The notes under the pieces: generated by a model | Databases searched by the model: none | What the model saw: the letters and a program-made list of their open reading frames with translations, nothing else | Told to the model about the DNA's origin: nothing | Part shown: piece after piece, positions 44,380-56,261 of the stretch | How positions within the stretch are numbered: position 1 is the stretch's first letter | Layout of the letters: the number at the start of each line of letters is the position of its first letter | Made by a program: the position numbers and the translations under genes | NCBI GenBank assembly: GCA_965662305.1 | Contig: CBFIHK010000001.1 | Coordinates: forward strand, 15,377 to 79,376 | Direction: 5' to 3' | Length of the DNA stretch: 64,000 bases | Source: Luminiphilus sp. | GTDB taxonomy: Bacteria > Pseudomonadota > Gammaproteobacteria > Pseudomonadales > Halieaceae

Positions 44380-46944
44380 CTAAGTGTCTAGTAAAGTTTT
44401 CAGTGTATAAAGCGCATCCAGTGCCTCTTTAGGTGTCATCTGATCAGGATCTATCTCGGACAACACATCCAGAGCTGGGCTCTTCTTTACAGGCGTTGAA
44501 AACAAATCCGCTTGTCCGCTCGATGGCGCGCCAGGCTGCGAAACCTGTTGGCTTTCCAACTCAGAGAGTTTTTGCCGCGCGTGAAGCAGAACGCCATTTG
44601 GCACGCCCGCTAGTTTAGCAACTTCTAGCCCGAAACTGCGATTAGCGGGGCCCTCTTGAATATGATGCATGAACACAACATGGTCTTCATGTTCGGTGGC
44701 ATCAAGGTGAACATTTGCCATGGCTGAATGATCTTCGGGTAATGCGGTGAGCTCGAAATAGTGCGTTGCAAAAAAGGTCAATGATCTGACCCTTTCAGCT
44801 AAGGCAACAGCTGCGGCCCAGGCAATACTCAGCCCATCGAAGGTGCTTGTTCCACGACCCACTTCATCCATCAACACCAAACTGCGGTCGGTTGCGTTGT
44901 GTAGGATATTGGCAGTCTCTGTCATCTCGACCATGAAGGTCGATAGGCCGCTTGCCAAGTCATCAGAAGACCCGATGCGCGTGAAGATACGGTCAACCAT
45001 TGATAGGGTGGCGCCCTGTGCCGGCACGAAGGCACCGCAGTGCGCCAGTAGTGTAATCAGTGCGTTTTGCCGCATGTAGGTCGATTTACCGCCCATGTTT
45101 GGGCCTGTAATCAGCAGCATGCGCCGGCTCTCGTTAAGCAGGGTGTTGTTTGCGATGAAGGGGCGATCGCTCACTTGCTCAACGACAGGGTGTCGACCAC
45201 CCGTGATATCCAATTGCACGTCGTCACTAAAGTTGGGACGGGTCAGCGTTAGCGCGTCAGCGCGTTCCGCAAAGCACGCGAGCACATCGAGATCACAAAG
45301 CGCATTGGACGTTCTCTGCAGCGCAATGAGATCCTCGGCTACACGCTCAACCAGAGCATCGTATAAGTGTTTCTCGCGCGCCAATGCGCGGCTTCGGCTT
45401 GACAGCGCTTTGTCCTCGAACTGCTTTAGCTCAGGCGTTATGAACCGCTCTACATTCTTGAGCGTTTGGCGACGCTGATAGGTATCAGGCGCTTGCTCTG
45501 ATTGTTGACGGCTGATTTCGATGTAGTAGCCGTGAACCCGGTTATAACCCACTTTTAACGTCGAGAGACCTGTGGCCTCTCGCTCACGCCGCTCAATATC
45601 GACGAGGTACTCCCCGGCGTTTTCGCTAATGCCGCGAAGTTCGTCGAGTTCCTCGTCGTAGCCTGGGGCGAGGACACCACCGTCCCGAATCACAACGGGC
45701 GGTGATTCGATGAGCGCTTTACTTAACAGTTCGCACAAAGCGGGGTAATCACCAATGTCAGCTATGAGTGCGTCGAGCTTCTGAGATACGCGGGGTACCG
45801 CGGCAATCAAAGCGGGTAGCACCCACAAACTATCCCGTAGGCGGGTAAGGTCGCGCGGCCGTGCTGAGCGCAGCGCAACGCGCGCAAGGATGCGCTCCAT
45901 ATCTGAAATAGGCTTGAGATGCTGTCGAGTGCCCTCGTAGCAGTAATTGCTCTTGAGCACTTCAACGGCCTCAAGGCGTGCTTCCAGCTCGTTGCGGATA
46001 CGGACGGGGCGATGCAGCCAACGCTTTAAATGGCGAGTGCCCATGGCCGTAACAGTGGAGTTGTAGACAGAGAACAGTGTGTTGTCCTCGTTACCATGAA
46101 CATTCTTGTCGATCTCGAGGTTTCGACGCGTTGCCGCGTCTAACACGACGGCATCGCTTTGTCGCTCATGTCGGATCGCAACCAGGTGCGGCAACTCATT
46201 ACGCTGTGTGTCTTTAACATAGTCGAGCAAAGCGCCTGCGGCGGATACCGCAAGCACGAGATCCTCACAGCCAAATCCGCTTAAATCACGGGTTTGAAAC
46301 TGCTGGTTGAGCGCCCGACGCGCGCTCTCCTCATCGAATTGCCAAGCCGCAAGACGCCTTACAGCAACGTGATCACCGAGTGCGGGCAATGTCGCATCTT
46401 CTGCAACAAGCACCTCGGCGGGAGATAGTCGTTGAAGTTCTGCTGCGAGTGCTTCCTCACCCGACATCTCGGACACTAAAAAGCGGCCACTGCTCACGTC
46501 CATCCAGGCGACACCGCAGTCCATTTGCTGCCGATAGACGGAGACAATAAGCGAGTCACCGCTGGCGTCGAGAAGCGATTCGTCCGTTAAGGTGCCCGGT
46601 GTGACAATGCGCACGACTTTGCGCTCAACAGGCCCCTTAGATTCAGCAGGATCACCAATTTGCTCAGCTATTGCGACAGAGAAACCGGCGCGCACCAATC
46701 TGGCTAGATAGCTTTCCGCCGCATGAAACGGGACACCCGCCATTGGAATTGGCTCGCCTGCGGATTTACCGCGTGAGGTCAGGGTGATGTCTAAAACGGG
46801 CGCTGCGATCTCTGCGTCTTGGTAAAAAAGCTCATAAAAATCGCCCATCCGGTAAAACAGCAACTCATCAGGGTGCTCCGCCTTGATCGCCAAGAACTGG
46901 CGCATCATCGGTGTATGCTGGCTTGTATCTGATGCTGAGGACAT
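44380..46944 (-). CDS. mutS: DNA mismatch repair protein MutS
   Basis: [48 protein letters not shown]. Start ATG 46944 (ORF track 46962). Confidence 0.98.
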   Translation of the reverse strand: MSSASDTSQHTPMMRQFLAIKAEHPDELLFYRMGDFYELFYQDAEIAAPVLDITLTSRGKSAGEPIPMAGVPFHAAESYLARLVRAGFSVAIAEQIGDPAESKGPVERKVVRIVTPGTLTDESLLDASGDSLIVSVYRQQMDCGVAWMDVSSGRFLVSEMSGEEALAAELQRLSPAEVLVAEDATLPALGDHVAVRRLAAWQFDEESARRALNQQFQTRDLSGFGCEDLVLAVSAAGALLDYVKDTQRNELPHLVAIRHERQSDAVVLDAATRRNLEIDKNVHGNEDNTLFSVYNSTVTAMGTRHLKRWLHRPVRIRNELEARLEAVEVLKSNYCYEGTRQHLKPISDMERILARVALRSARPRDLTRLRDSLWVLPALIAAVPRVSQKLDALIADIGDYPALCELLSKALIESPPVVIRDGGVLAPGYDEELDELRGISENAGEYLVDIERREREATGLSTLKVGYNRVHGYYIEISRQQSEQAPDTYQRRQTLKNVERFITPELKQFEDKALSSRSRALAREKHLYDALVERVAEDLIALQRTSNALCDLDVLACFAERADALTLTRPNFSDDVQLDITGGRHPVVEQVSDRPFIANNTLLNESRRMLLITGPNMGGKSTYMRQNALITLLAHCGAFVPAQGATLSMVDRIFTRIGSSDDLASGLSTFMVEMTETANILHNATDRSLVLMDEVGRGTSTFDGLSIAWAAAVALAERVRSLTFFATHYFELTALPEDHSAMANVHLDATEHEDHVVFMHHIQEGPANRSFGLEVAKLAGVPNGVLLHARQKLSELESQQVSQPGAPSSGQADLFSTPVKKSPALDVLSEIDPDQMTPKEALDALYTLKTLLDT

Positions 46945-47136
46945 GAACGCCTGTAGGGCCAAAAACGCAAAGCGAGAGAATAGGTCAAAAGGCGGCTGCT
47001 TTGAATCCCGAAAGGCGATATCGACAAGGTTTTCTTAGAGCACACAAACGGAGACGAAAGTCTGCTGAATGCTTCTGGTCATCTGAGCCGATAATCGCTA
47101 TCGTCGCTTAAAATTACAGCAATAAGTGGTTATGTC

Positions 47137-48444
47137 ATGCTCAGATTACGTGCGCTGAAATGCGCTTTCTTCCTTGTTATTGGTTCCGCGACGGCACCCC
47201 TTGTTTCCGCCGCAACGGTGATCCACGCCGGTCATCTTTTTGATACGGCAGCTGGCAAGCTGCTCGCGAAGCAGTCGGTTGTGATCGAGGCAGGTCGGGT
47301 GACTGGCGTAGAGTCCGGTTTCATAGGTGGAGAGGACGACGAGATCATTGATCTTAGCGACTCCTATGTATCGCCCGGATTTATGGATATGCACGTGCAC
47401 TTGGACGGTGAACTCAATCCTCCCGCGAGCTACTCAGAGGAGTTCTTTATGAACTCCGCTGATATTGCGTTGCGCTCAAGTATTTACGCCAAGCGAACCC
47501 TGGATGCGGGTTTTACAACAGTACGCGATCTTGGCGCTGGTGATATTCAAGCTATCTTTGCGCTGAGAAATGCGATCGCGAAGGGGTATGTCGACGGGCC
47601 TCGTATTTTCGCCGCAGGTAAAGCCATGGCTACTACAGGCGGACACGCCGATCCCACAAACGGTATCCGAGCAGATTTGCGGGGCGATCCCGGTCCAAAG
47701 CAGGGTGTCATCAATGGTGCTGATGACGCCTATAAAGCCGTGCGGCAGCGTTACAAAGACGGAAGCGATGTGGTAAAGCTCACGGTAACCGGTGGCGTTC
47801 TCTCACTGGCTAAGAGTGGGGATAACCCGCAGTTCACGGACGAAGAGCTTGAGGCTGTGGTCAGTGCGGCCAAAGATTATGATTTTGTTGTGGCTGTACA
47901 TGCGCATGGCGCAACCGGAATGAAGCGCGCTATCCGAGCAGGGGTCGATTCAGTGGAACACGGTACCTACATGGATAACGAGGCGATGCGTCTCATGCGT
48001 AAGCAGGGCACATGGTACGTCCCTACGATTTCAGCGGGTAAGTGGGTTGGTGACCTTGCAGAACTCGACGACAAGTTACCCGCCGTCGTTCGTCCCAAGG
48101 CCGCGGCCATTGGTCCGCAGATTCAGGATACCTTTGGTGCGGCTTACAAAGCGGGCGTAAAAATCGCTTTTGGTACGGATGCCGGTGTTTCACCGCACGG
48201 CGCAAACGGGAAAGAGTTTAGGTTTATGGCTGAAGCGGGTATGCCAATCATGGAAACCATCCAAGCTGCTACGGTGAATGCAGCAAAACTCCTCAGGGTG
48301 GAGGACGAGCTGGGGCAGATTGCTCCGGGTTTTCACGCAGATATTGTTGCCTTTGATAACAACCCGCTCGAGGACGTGACGGTTTTAGAGCGCCCCAATT
48401 TTGTAATGAAGGCTGGCTCGGTGTTTAGGAATGATGGCTCATGA
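47137..48444 (+). CDS. exported metal-dependent amidohydrolase (Xaa-Pro dipeptidase-like)
   Basis: Signal peptide, [34 protein letters not shown]. Confidence 0.88.
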   Translation: MLRLRALKCAFFLVIGSATAPLVSAATVIHAGHLFDTAAGKLLAKQSVVIEAGRVTGVESGFIGGEDDEIIDLSDSYVSPGFMDMHVHLDGELNPPASYSEEFFMNSADIALRSSIYAKRTLDAGFTTVRDLGAGDIQAIFALRNAIAKGYVDGPRIFAAGKAMATTGGHADPTNGIRADLRGDPGPKQGVINGADDAYKAVRQRYKDGSDVVKLTVTGGVLSLAKSGDNPQFTDEELEAVVSAAKDYDFVVAVHAHGATGMKRAIRAGVDSVEHGTYMDNEAMRLMRKQGTWYVPTISAGKWVGDLAELDDKLPAVVRPKAAAIGPQIQDTFGAAYKAGVKIAFGTDAGVSPHGANGKEFRFMAEAGMPIMETIQAATVNAAKLLRVEDELGQIAPGFHADIVAFDNNPLEDVTVLERPNFVMKAGSVFRNDGS

Positions 48445-49433
48445 AGACCTGGCTTTGGAGCTTTTTCATTGCCGCCTTTGCGCTACAGGTCAGCGCCGAT
48501 GAGCACAAAGTGGCGATAGCATTGCACGGAGGTGCAGGCACGATCGAGCGCGCACGTATGACGGATGAGCAGGCGCTTGAATATCGAAACTTTCTGGATG
48601 AGGCGATTGAAGCGGGTTACCGCCAGCTGAGGGCAGGCAATTCGGGGCTGGATGTTGTGGTCAACATCATACAGCGCATGGAAGACTCGACGCTGTTCAA
48701 CGCAGGTCGTGGCGCGGTCTATACGTGGGAGGGTCATCACGAGCTCGACGCGTCGATTATGCACGGTCTGGAACTTGATGCAGGCGCGGTTGCGGGCGTT
48801 AAAACCGTTAAATCGCCCATTGCTTTGGCGCGTGCTGTTATGGAGCACTCGCCGCACGTGATGTTGGCTTCAGAGGGTGCTGAGCGCTTTGCGACGGAAC
48901 AAGGTTTTGAGTCGGTGCCTGAGGGTTATTTTGATACTGAGCGTCGGCGACAGTCCCTTGAGGCCTACAAACGCACGCGACAGGCAGGTATTGCGACTAA
49001 GCCAGATTACAAATACGGAACCGTAGGTGTGGCAGTGCTTGATCGCGAGGGCAATCTAGTGGCCGGTACATCGACTGGCGGTATGACTGGCAAGCGCTGG
49101 GGACGCATTGGTGATGCGCCCGTTATTGGTGCCGGTACTTATGCTAACAACGACTCCTGTGCCGTATCGGCAACGGGTCATGGCGAATACTTTATTCGGC
49201 ATACAGTCGCTCGAGATATATGTGCTCGGATGGAACTCGCAGGCGAGACCCTTCGGCAGGCCGCTGATGAGGTAGTCCACAAAACGCTGGTTAACGCCGG
49301 TGGTGACGGCGGCATTATTGCTGTCGACAGGGAGGGCAATGTGGCGCTCACTTTTAATACGCCAGGGATGTATCGGGCGAGTATTGACTCGTCTGGCACC
49401 AAGGTTGTCGGTATTTTTGGCGACGATAAGTAG
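48441..49433 (+). CDS. isoaspartyl peptidase / L-asparaginase (Ntn hydrolase), exported
   Basis: ALHGGAG, FNAGRG, DASIM, G|TVGVAV autocleavage site, TSTGG, GRIGD, ATGHGE; signal peptide. Confidence 0.92.
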   Translation: MKTWLWSFFIAAFALQVSADEHKVAIALHGGAGTIERARMTDEQALEYRNFLDEAIEAGYRQLRAGNSGLDVVVNIIQRMEDSTLFNAGRGAVYTWEGHHELDASIMHGLELDAGAVAGVKTVKSPIALARAVMEHSPHVMLASEGAERFATEQGFESVPEGYFDTERRRQSLEAYKRTRQAGIATKPDYKYGTVGVAVLDREGNLVAGTSTGGMTGKRWGRIGDAPVIGAGTYANNDSCAVSATGHGEYFIRHTVARDICARMELAGETLRQAADEVVHKTLVNAGGDGGIIAVDREGNVALTFNTPGMYRASIDSSGTKVVGIFGDDK

Positions 49434-49468
49434 GTGCAGGCCTATTTTTGCCGTATTTTGCGCGTGAG

Positions 49469-50449
49469 TTATAGGGATTCTCGGTCCCAGTAAATCCGCT
49501 CAGAGGGTTGCTGCACGATAACGCGATTGCCGCCATGTCGTTTGGCCGCTGATACTGCGAGATGGGTGTACTCTAGTAACTGCTCCGCTCGGGTGCCAAT
49601 GTCAGGAACGACCCTGACGTAACCTTGGCTCACTGTGAGTTGCTCTTGGTGTTTTGAGGCTTCATTTGGAATTCGGAGGTCGCTGATGGCAATTTGGATA
49701 TCAGCCGCCAGTGAGGCAAGCGTTTGCTCATCCGCTTGCGACAGCAACATCAAAAAGCTGTCGCCCTCGAACCTTCCCAGCGCGCTGTTTTTCCTTATGG
49801 TTGCATCACCTGTCTGGGTTTCTTTCTCGTCAACAAGGGTTGCCAGCTTATTTTGGAGTAACCGTGAAATAACCTTAAGGGTCGCGTCGCCGTAATCGCT
49901 ACCGTATATCTGGTTGAAACGTTTGAATTGATCAATGTCGATCATTAAAAGCCCCATCCGTCGAGCGGCGCTAGCTCCTTCCTCTATCGCCCGATTAATG
50001 AGCGTCTCGATGTGTTGGCGATTGGCGACATGGGTCAGACCGTCCTGAATGGCGTTGAGCGCTAGCTGATCTGCTTGTTGCTTTAGTCGGAGGTGCGTAT
50101 TGACGCGCGCTTTAACCACAGTCGGATTAAAAGGCTTGGAAATATAGTCCGAAGCACCATGCTCAAGGCCCTTCGCCTCGTCCTCAGCCGAGTTCAGTCC
50201 GGTGATAAAAATGACGGGTATATCACGTGTGACCTTTCGCTGCTTTAGCTCCTTTAACACCGCATACCCATCCATATCCGGCATGGTGATATCGAGTAAT
50301 ATGAGGTCCGGTACCGTTCGCTCCGCTGCCTGAAGACCTACTTTTCCATTGATTGCCGCCGCAAGCTCGAACTCTTGCTCAAGCAGACCGATCAGGGTCT
50401 TGAGATTTATGGGATCATCATCAACTACCAACACACGAGGCTTAGCCAT
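49469..50449 (-). CDS. response regulator with a degenerate GGDEF domain
   Basis: REC intact (VVDDD, LLDITMPDMDG, ITG, SKP). GGDEF fold present (DGLT, LMIDIDQFK, LTVSQG, AKRHGGNR) but the active site reads RFEGDSF. Start ATG 50449 overlaps the kinase stop. Confidence 0.85.
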   Translation of the reverse strand: MAKPRVLVVDDDPINLKTLIGLLEQEFELAAAINGKVGLQAAERTVPDLILLDITMPDMDGYAVLKELKQRKVTRDIPVIFITGLNSAEDEAKGLEHGASDYISKPFNPTVVKARVNTHLRLKQQADQLALNAIQDGLTHVANRQHIETLINRAIEEGASAARRMGLLMIDIDQFKRFNQIYGSDYGDATLKVISRLLQNKLATLVDEKETQTGDATIRKNSALGRFEGDSFLMLLSQADEQTLASLAADIQIAISDLRIPNEASKHQEQLTVSQGYVRVVPDIGTRAEQLLEYTHLAVSAAKRHGGNRVIVQQPSERIYWDRESL

Positions 50450-53321
50450 TGGAAAGGTTTCCAGTGATGACTCGGTCTTGGAGCGTTTCCAAATATTGCA
50501 TAGCTTTATCGAAGTCAAAATTAGCCAAGCTATCGAGCAGAAGCGCTGTTAAAGTCGATTCACTCGGCAACGCTTGTGCTAGTAACAAAGCTTCCTCTTT
50601 TGCGGAAGGACTGAAGTTCTCAAGGTGACCTTTGAGCCGCTCTAAACTGCTCGCAATATCGATATTTTTGCCAGGAACCTCAGAGGCACTCTCTTGTTCA
50701 CTACTGGCACTCGATTGGTGCCAGACGTGGATTTCACAGATCAGCTTTTCATAATCACTGCTGAACTGTGGAAGGTGTGCCATAATTTGAACATAGTCTC
50801 GGTCTTTGAAATTCTGTTCAAAAGCTTGCGCCTGTGCCTGAAGGGAGGTTGCTCCCAGGGTCCCCAATATCCCCTTGGCAGAATGCGCGAGCCGATGACC
50901 GTTTACCGTGTCAGCGTGAGCTACGAGCTGCTGGATTCTTGCAGGGACGTCAGAGAAATCTCGCGAGAAATCAATTAACAAATTGGCGAGCAGGTCCCGC
51001 CTACCATTTGCGTGCAGCAGCGCCTTTCCCATATCGACGCCAGTCAGTTTCACAGGCAACGTGAATTCGTCGACTATGCGTTTACTTGGCGGGCTGTAGG
51101 GGAGTCGTGTGCCCGCCGGTATCCATTTAAGCAATGCATCAAATAGCTTTGCCGGCTCTATGGGTTTGCCAATGTGCACATTCATACCAGCTGCAAAGGC
51201 TTCTCTCACGTCGGCCTCTAAAACATTGGCCGTCATGGCCAAAATGGGAAGGGACTCGAACTTCAGCTCATTTCTGATGAATCTGGTGGCGGTGTAGCCG
51301 TCCATCTCGGGCATGTGAATATCCATGAGCACGCAGTCGTACCGCGTTTTCTCAACCATTGCGATGGCTTCAAGTCCATTCTCAGCGACGTCTATGTGGA
51401 ATGCGCCCAGCTCGAGTAAATCGATAGCTACCTGCTGGTTGAGTTCATTGTCTTCAACGAGCAATATTTTGGCGCCCTTGATTGGCGCCAACGTACTCTC
51501 ATCGTAGACCGCAATGCCTGTTTTGCCAGCTTGCATGGGTCTACCACTGACGACGTTAATCAGAGTGTCAAAAAGTAGCGACGGATTCAGGGGTTTTGTC
51601 AGCACTGCGTCAATGTGCTGAGTCAATTCTTCAGGCTCATCATCAAACAGACGCGTCGCAGCAGTAACCAGAATAAGTTTCGGTGTTGTATTGAGGTCAA
51701 GATCGGAAACCAGCCTATTTGCAAGCGTTAAGCCGTCCACTTCCGGCATACGGTAGTCAATTAACGCTATTTGATAGGGCGCGGTTCTATCCGCTGTTTT
51801 GACCAGCGCTTCAGCTTCCGCTGCATTGCTCGCTTTACTGACAGCTAAGCCAAAGTACTCGAGTTGACTCGAGATGATTTCAAGGGCGTTTTCGTTGTCG
51901 TCGACCACTAAGACTTTGGTACCCAGCAGAGGGCCTTCGTGAGCCACCAGCTTTTCGGATTTAGCTGAGGCTAATTCGAAGGGAACCTCGAAAAAGAACT
52001 CACTTCCCTTACCGGGCTCACTGGTCAATCCAATACGGCCACCCATGAGATCGACAAGTTGTTTACAGATGGCAAGTCCGAGCCCTGTGCCACCAAACTT
52101 CCGGGTCGTACCTGCCTCGCCCTGAGCAAAGGGCTGAAACAAATTCGCTTGCTGATCCTGTGAGATACCGATCCCGGTGTCTTTCACCGCGAATCGAGCC
52201 AGCACGTGCGAATCACTCTGCTCCAAGCAGGTTAAACGCACCACAATATCCCCTTCGGAGGTGAATTTCTTCGCATTCCCTGTCAGGTTTAGCAGCACTT
52301 GTCCCAACCTGAGCGAGTCGCCCATCACCCTCGTCGGCACCTCCGGCGATACATCGAAAAGAAGCTCAAGCCCTTTACGTTCGACGTCTGCCGCCATGAT
52401 CGTGGCCAGGTCTGCCAATACGCGTTCTAGATCAATCTCCGAGTGCTCGAGCTGCATTTTTCCGGCCTCGACTTTGGAATAGTCGAGAAGATCATTGATG
52501 ATCTGCAGCATGTTGTTCGCGGATAAATATATTTTAGTCAGATAATCTTGTTGCTTTGGATTGAGGTCACTTCTGAGTGTGAGTTCCGATAGGCCGATGA
52601 TCGCATTCATCGGTGTTCTTATTTCGTGACTAATGTTGGCTAAAAACTGACTTTTTGCGCGACTTCCAGCCTCCGCCTCATCTTTAGCGATGATGAGGTC
52701 ACCCTGCATTGCCTCAAGTCGTTCTCGTTTCTCGTCTAATTCTCGAAAGCTCTGACGCTCTTCACTGATCGTCCTCGCAAATAAGATGAAAAGTGCGGCC
52801 ATCACGAAGCCGATGTTCATAACGAAGAACAGTGGGTTTACCCAGGAAGGCAAATCGAAGGCGAGCGATTGTACGCGCTCATCAATGAAGGCCGAGAGCA
52901 GTAGCAGCCCAATGAAGCCGCCAAACCAATACCTGGCTCTTTTAAATCTCGCGTAGACCAGAGCCGCGACAGGAGGGAGTACCGACCAAATCATCATGGC
53001 GCTACCTGCGCTAAATCCCCCGAGCATCCACATAAGCGTTGTTGGAAGGAGCATGATCATAATCATCTGGCCCCAGCGCATGGGAGCCTCGTTTTTCGTG
53101 TGGATAAAATGCGCGAGCAATATTGCTGAGATGGCAGCGTAGCTCATTGGGATAAAGCCCTGAACCCACAAGCCTAGGCTCCAAAACACGCTGCCCATTG
53201 TTATGGTGATTGGAATGAGCGCCACAGCGAGCCAAACCAGTAGCAGCTTTACCCGACGCATCTCACGATCATCATCAGATTTGTAGGTAAGCGTGTGCAG
53301 GCTTTGGAGCTGTTTCAGCAC
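50442..53321 (-). CDS. membrane hybrid histidine kinase (TM-HisKA-HATPase-REC-REC-HPt)
   Basis: About 6 TM segments, [36 protein letters not shown], two REC domains, HPt AHSAKG. Confidence 0.92.
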   Translation of the reverse strand: MLKQLQSLHTLTYKSDDDREMRRVKLLLVWLAVALIPITITMGSVFWSLGLWVQGFIPMSYAAISAILLAHFIHTKNEAPMRWGQMIMIMLLPTTLMWMLGGFSAGSAMMIWSVLPPVAALVYARFKRARYWFGGFIGLLLLSAFIDERVQSLAFDLPSWVNPLFFVMNIGFVMAALFILFARTISEERQSFRELDEKRERLEAMQGDLIIAKDEAEAGSRAKSQFLANISHEIRTPMNAIIGLSELTLRSDLNPKQQDYLTKIYLSANNMLQIINDLLDYSKVEAGKMQLEHSEIDLERVLADLATIMAADVERKGLELLFDVSPEVPTRVMGDSLRLGQVLLNLTGNAKKFTSEGDIVVRLTCLEQSDSHVLARFAVKDTGIGISQDQQANLFQPFAQGEAGTTRKFGGTGLGLAICKQLVDLMGGRIGLTSEPGKGSEFFFEVPFELASAKSEKLVAHEGPLLGTKVLVVDDNENALEIISSQLEYFGLAVSKASNAAEAEALVKTADRTAPYQIALIDYRMPEVDGLTLANRLVSDLDLNTTPKLILVTAATRLFDDEPEELTQHIDAVLTKPLNPSLLFDTLINVVSGRPMQAGKTGIAVYDESTLAPIKGAKILLVEDNELNQQVAIDLLELGAFHIDVAENGLEAIAMVEKTRYDCVLMDIHMPEMDGYTATRFIRNELKFESLPILAMTANVLEADVREAFAAGMNVHIGKPIEPAKLFDALLKWIPAGTRLPYSPPSKRIVDEFTLPVKLTGVDMGKALLHANGRRDLLANLLIDFSRDFSDVPARIQQLVAHADTVNGHRLAHSAKGILGTLGATSLQAQAQAFEQNFKDRDYVQIMAHLPQFSSDYEKLICEIHVWHQSSASSEQESASEVPGKNIDIASSLERLKGHLENFSPSAKEEALLLAQALPSESTLTALLLDSLANFDFDKAMQYLETLQDRVITGNLSNG

Positions 53322-53538
53322 CGTTGTTACCCTTATTCGTGCCTAACGGAAACACGAATAATACAGGTAACAAACTGGAGTCGCATGTTATTCGTGGAGG
53401 TCGCTTGAACGAAGGGACTTTATTTTAAGTTTTCGGGGATCAAACGTATCTCAGGTACACTCGTCATCGTAATTTGCCGCATAAACACCGAGCATCCGCT
53501 CATTCAAAGCGTAAGTGATCGCAATAAGGTGAAAAAGA

Positions 53539-54312
53539 ATGAGTCAAAGTAGTGCGCAGACCTTATTAGCATCACAGTTGGAGCTTGCGCGAGAGTTACA
53601 AAAGGCAATTTTACCCAGCGGCTTCCCCGGCATCAGACACTCATCGGGCGCGGCTCGAATGATTCCAGCCCTCGAGGTAGGTGGGGATTTTTATGATCTT
53701 TTCGAGCTAACGGATGGTCGGCTCGGGATTGTCATTGGCGACGTCAGTGGCAAAGGTGTGCCCGCGGCCTTTTTCATGGCCATTGCACGCACATTAATTA
53801 GAAATGTGGCTGTCACGCGAAGCGACCCTGGGCAATGTCTCGCCGAAGCCAATAATCAGCTATGTACTCAAAATCCCATGCTTTTGTTCGTGACGGTTGT
53901 CTATGCGATTTGGGACCCGTGGTCACTAACACTTGAAATCGCGTCGGCAGGACACGAGTCACCCATTCTCCTACCCGAGGAGGGCGATTTAATCGAGATT
54001 CCCGTTACACGGGCTCCTGCGCTTGGTGTGATGCAGGACCTAGCTTATCCGGTAACGGTTCTGTCTCTAAGAGCAGGCGATTCATTACTGGTGTATACCG
54101 ATGGAGTGACTGATGCTTTGGATAGCGCGGGTGCTGCCTTCGGTTATGAGCGTTTGATTTCGGCCTTAAAAGACGGTTCTGCGCAACAGCCAGAATCAAC
54201 CCTAGATAGACTGCTACATGCTGTGCAAGCGCATGCGGGTGATGTTGCCCAAACAGATGATATTACGGCCGTCATGTTAAGTGTGGACGCGGAAGCGAAG
54301 CCACTGATGTGA
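53539..54312 (+). CDS. stand-alone PP2C/SpoIIE (RsbU-like) serine phosphatase
   Basis: ARELQKAILP, EVGGDFYD, GDVSGKG, SAGH, YTDGVTD, DDIT. Confidence 0.92.
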   Translation: MSQSSAQTLLASQLELARELQKAILPSGFPGIRHSSGAARMIPALEVGGDFYDLFELTDGRLGIVIGDVSGKGVPAAFFMAIARTLIRNVAVTRSDPGQCLAEANNQLCTQNPMLLFVTVVYAIWDPWSLTLEIASAGHESPILLPEEGDLIEIPVTRAPALGVMQDLAYPVTVLSLRAGDSLLVYTDGVTDALDSAGAAFGYERLISALKDGSAQQPESTLDRLLHAVQAHAGDVAQTDDITAVMLSVDAEAKPLM

Positions 54313-54469
54313 GCTAGCATTATTATGGTTGGCTTTAAAATAGCTGCGTCTTCACCGATGAGAGAAATGCACGGTAACGCGAGCCCGGCCTATGTGCTTA
54401 ACAAACCACCTTTGCCACCTCCACAGGGTGTTGCGGTCCCGACAAGCCCATTTGTGCTGATGCTGTATT

Positions 54470-54535
54470 GTCCCTAGGCAACACTGTCGCTTATGACGAC
54501 AGGTGCTTGGCAGGGACGTTTATTTTTTTCTTTTT
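54470..54535 (+). terminator. long hairpin plus U-tract upstream of the recA promoter
   Basis: Nested helices GTCCCT/AGGGAC, AGGCA/TGCTT and CTGTCG/CGACAG, followed by TTTATTTTTTTCTTTTT. Confidence 0.65.
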
Positions 54536-54570
54536 CGTTCTAAACTCAATTGCAATCACACAGCAAAACA

Positions 54571-54586
54571 CTGATTATATATACAG
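54571..54586 (+). promoter_or_regulatory. LexA (SOS) box
   Basis: CTG-ATTATATATA-CAG (CTG-N10-CAG), about 55 bp upstream of the recA ATG. TTGCAA at 54550 is a possible -35. Confidence 0.9.
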
Positions 54587-54639
54587 TATTTTTTGATGGC
54601 ATCACAACCGGCATCAGAGCATGCCACAGGGAGAAACTC

Positions 54640-55683
54640 ATGGATCCTAACAAGCAAAAAGCATTAGACGCGGCACTGGCCCAAATCGAGCGTCAGTTTG
54701 GTAAGGGTACTGTCATGCGCATGGGTGATCAGGAGCGCGTTGCTATCCCCGCGATCTCGACAGGGTCTTTGGGTCTTGATATTGCCTTAGGCATTGGTGG
54801 CCTCCCACGTGGCCGTATTGTTGAAATTTACGGACCTGAATCCTCTGGTAAAACCACGCTGACACTGCAAGTCATTGCAGAGGCCCAGAAGATGGGTGGA
54901 ACAGCCGCATTTGTGGACGCAGAGCACGCATTAGATCCGCAGTACGCCGAGAAACTGGGCGTGCAAATGGATGATCTTATCGTGTCTCAGCCTGATACTG
55001 GTGAGCAGGCGCTTGAGGTGGCAGAGATGCTGGTTCGGTCCGGCGCTGTCGACGTGCTGGTCGTTGACTCTGTCGCGGCGTTGACGCCCAAGGCTGAGAT
55101 CGAGGGTGACATGGGGGACTCGCACGTGGGTCTGCAGGCGCGTCTGTTGAGCCAAGCAATGCGTAAGTTGACGGGTGCGATTAAGCAGACGAACTGCCTC
55201 GTCATCTTCATCAACCAGATTCGTATGAAAATTGGGGTCATGTTTGGTAGCCCTGAGACAACAACGGGCGGTAATGCGCTTAAATTCTATTCCTCGGTAC
55301 GTCTTGATATCCGTCGCATTGGCGCGATCAAAGAAGGCGATGAGATTGTCGGTAACGAGACGCGCGTTAAGGTGGTAAAAAACAAGGTATCGCCACCGTT
55401 CAAGCAGGCTGAGTTCCAAATTATGTACGGTGCCGGTATTTACCATATGGGTGAAGTGCTCGATTGGGGTGTGAAGCTGAATCTCGTCGACAAATCAGGC
55501 GCCTGGTACGCTTACAAAGGCGACAAGATCGGACAAGGTAAAGCCAATGCGGCGAAGTTCCTCGATGAGAATCCCGCCATTGCGGATGAGATCGAAGGCG
55601 AAATTCGCCGCCAAACAATGAACATCCCATCCGATAAGCCCGAAGCTCCCGCCAAACCGGCTGAAGAAGCCACTGCTGAGTAA
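54640..55683 (+). CDS. recA: recombinase RecA
   Basis: [48 protein letters not shown]. Start ATG 54640 follows an AGGGAG RBS. Confidence 0.99.
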   Translation: MDPNKQKALDAALAQIERQFGKGTVMRMGDQERVAIPAISTGSLGLDIALGIGGLPRGRIVEIYGPESSGKTTLTLQVIAEAQKMGGTAAFVDAEHALDPQYAEKLGVQMDDLIVSQPDTGEQALEVAEMLVRSGAVDVLVVDSVAALTPKAEIEGDMGDSHVGLQARLLSQAMRKLTGAIKQTNCLVIFINQIRMKIGVMFGSPETTTGGNALKFYSSVRLDIRRIGAIKEGDEIVGNETRVKVVKNKVSPPFKQAEFQIMYGAGIYHMGEVLDWGVKLNLVDKSGAWYAYKGDKIGQGKANAAKFLDENPAIADEIEGEIRRQTMNIPSDKPEAPAKPAEEATAE

Positions 55684-55691
55684 AAACTGCG

Positions 55692-56174
55692 GTGGAGGTA
55701 ACGTCGTCGGATATTCGCTTAGCGGGTATGGATTTACTCGCGAGGCGTGAGCATTCCTCGCAGGAGATCGTCACCAAACTCAAGCGTCGATTTGGCAAGC
55801 GCCTAGACGGCGATGATTTCATCCATGATGTGGTTGACCAGCTGATAAGTGAAGGTTTGTTGAGCGATGAGCGCTACGCAGCATCAATGGCTCGCCAGCT
55901 GGTGAATCGAGGCAGCGGCCCCTCGAAAGTAGCGCATCAGCTTCGGCAAAAAGGCTGCGACCCCGACGTTGCCTTGGCGGATGCCTTCCCCGATGGTGTC
56001 GATTGGTTTGCTGTTGCCGAAGAGGTGTTTGACCGCAAGTTTGGCGCTAAAGCAATGCCAGAAGAGTGGCACTTAAAGCAAAAAGAACGCGCCAAACGCG
56101 GACGGTTTATGGCATCACGCGGATTTGCGCCCTCGCACTTTATACACTTATTGGACACCTCGAGCGAAAAGTAA
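55692..56174 (+). CDS. recX: regulatory protein RecX
   Basis: LLARREHS, SDERYA, GP, L.QKG, RFMASRGF; directly after recA. Confidence 0.9.
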   Translation: MEVTSSDIRLAGMDLLARREHSSQEIVTKLKRRFGKRLDGDDFIHDVVDQLISEGLLSDERYAASMARQLVNRGSGPSKVAHQLRQKGCDPDVALADAFPDGVDWFAVAEEVFDRKFGAKAMPEEWHLKQKERAKRGRFMASRGFAPSHFIHLLDTSSEK

Positions 56175-56261
56175 ATTTTTGGGTCAGCGTAGACCAAGAA
56201 CGTCAGCGTCCGATATGAGTCCTGGCGCGCAAGCACGTGTGACAGAGTATGTTGGTCTTAC

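Noticed and set aside
43982-44383. 133-aa ORF antisense to fdxA
   Set aside because: Fully overlaps a highly conserved ferredoxin on the other strand.
54550-54639. N-terminal extension of RecA in the ORF track
   Set aside because: It spans the promoter and SOS box. ATG 54640 has an RBS and the canonical N-terminus.
54931-55446. 171-aa ORF antisense to recA
   Set aside because: Antisense shadow produced by codon bias in a conserved gene.
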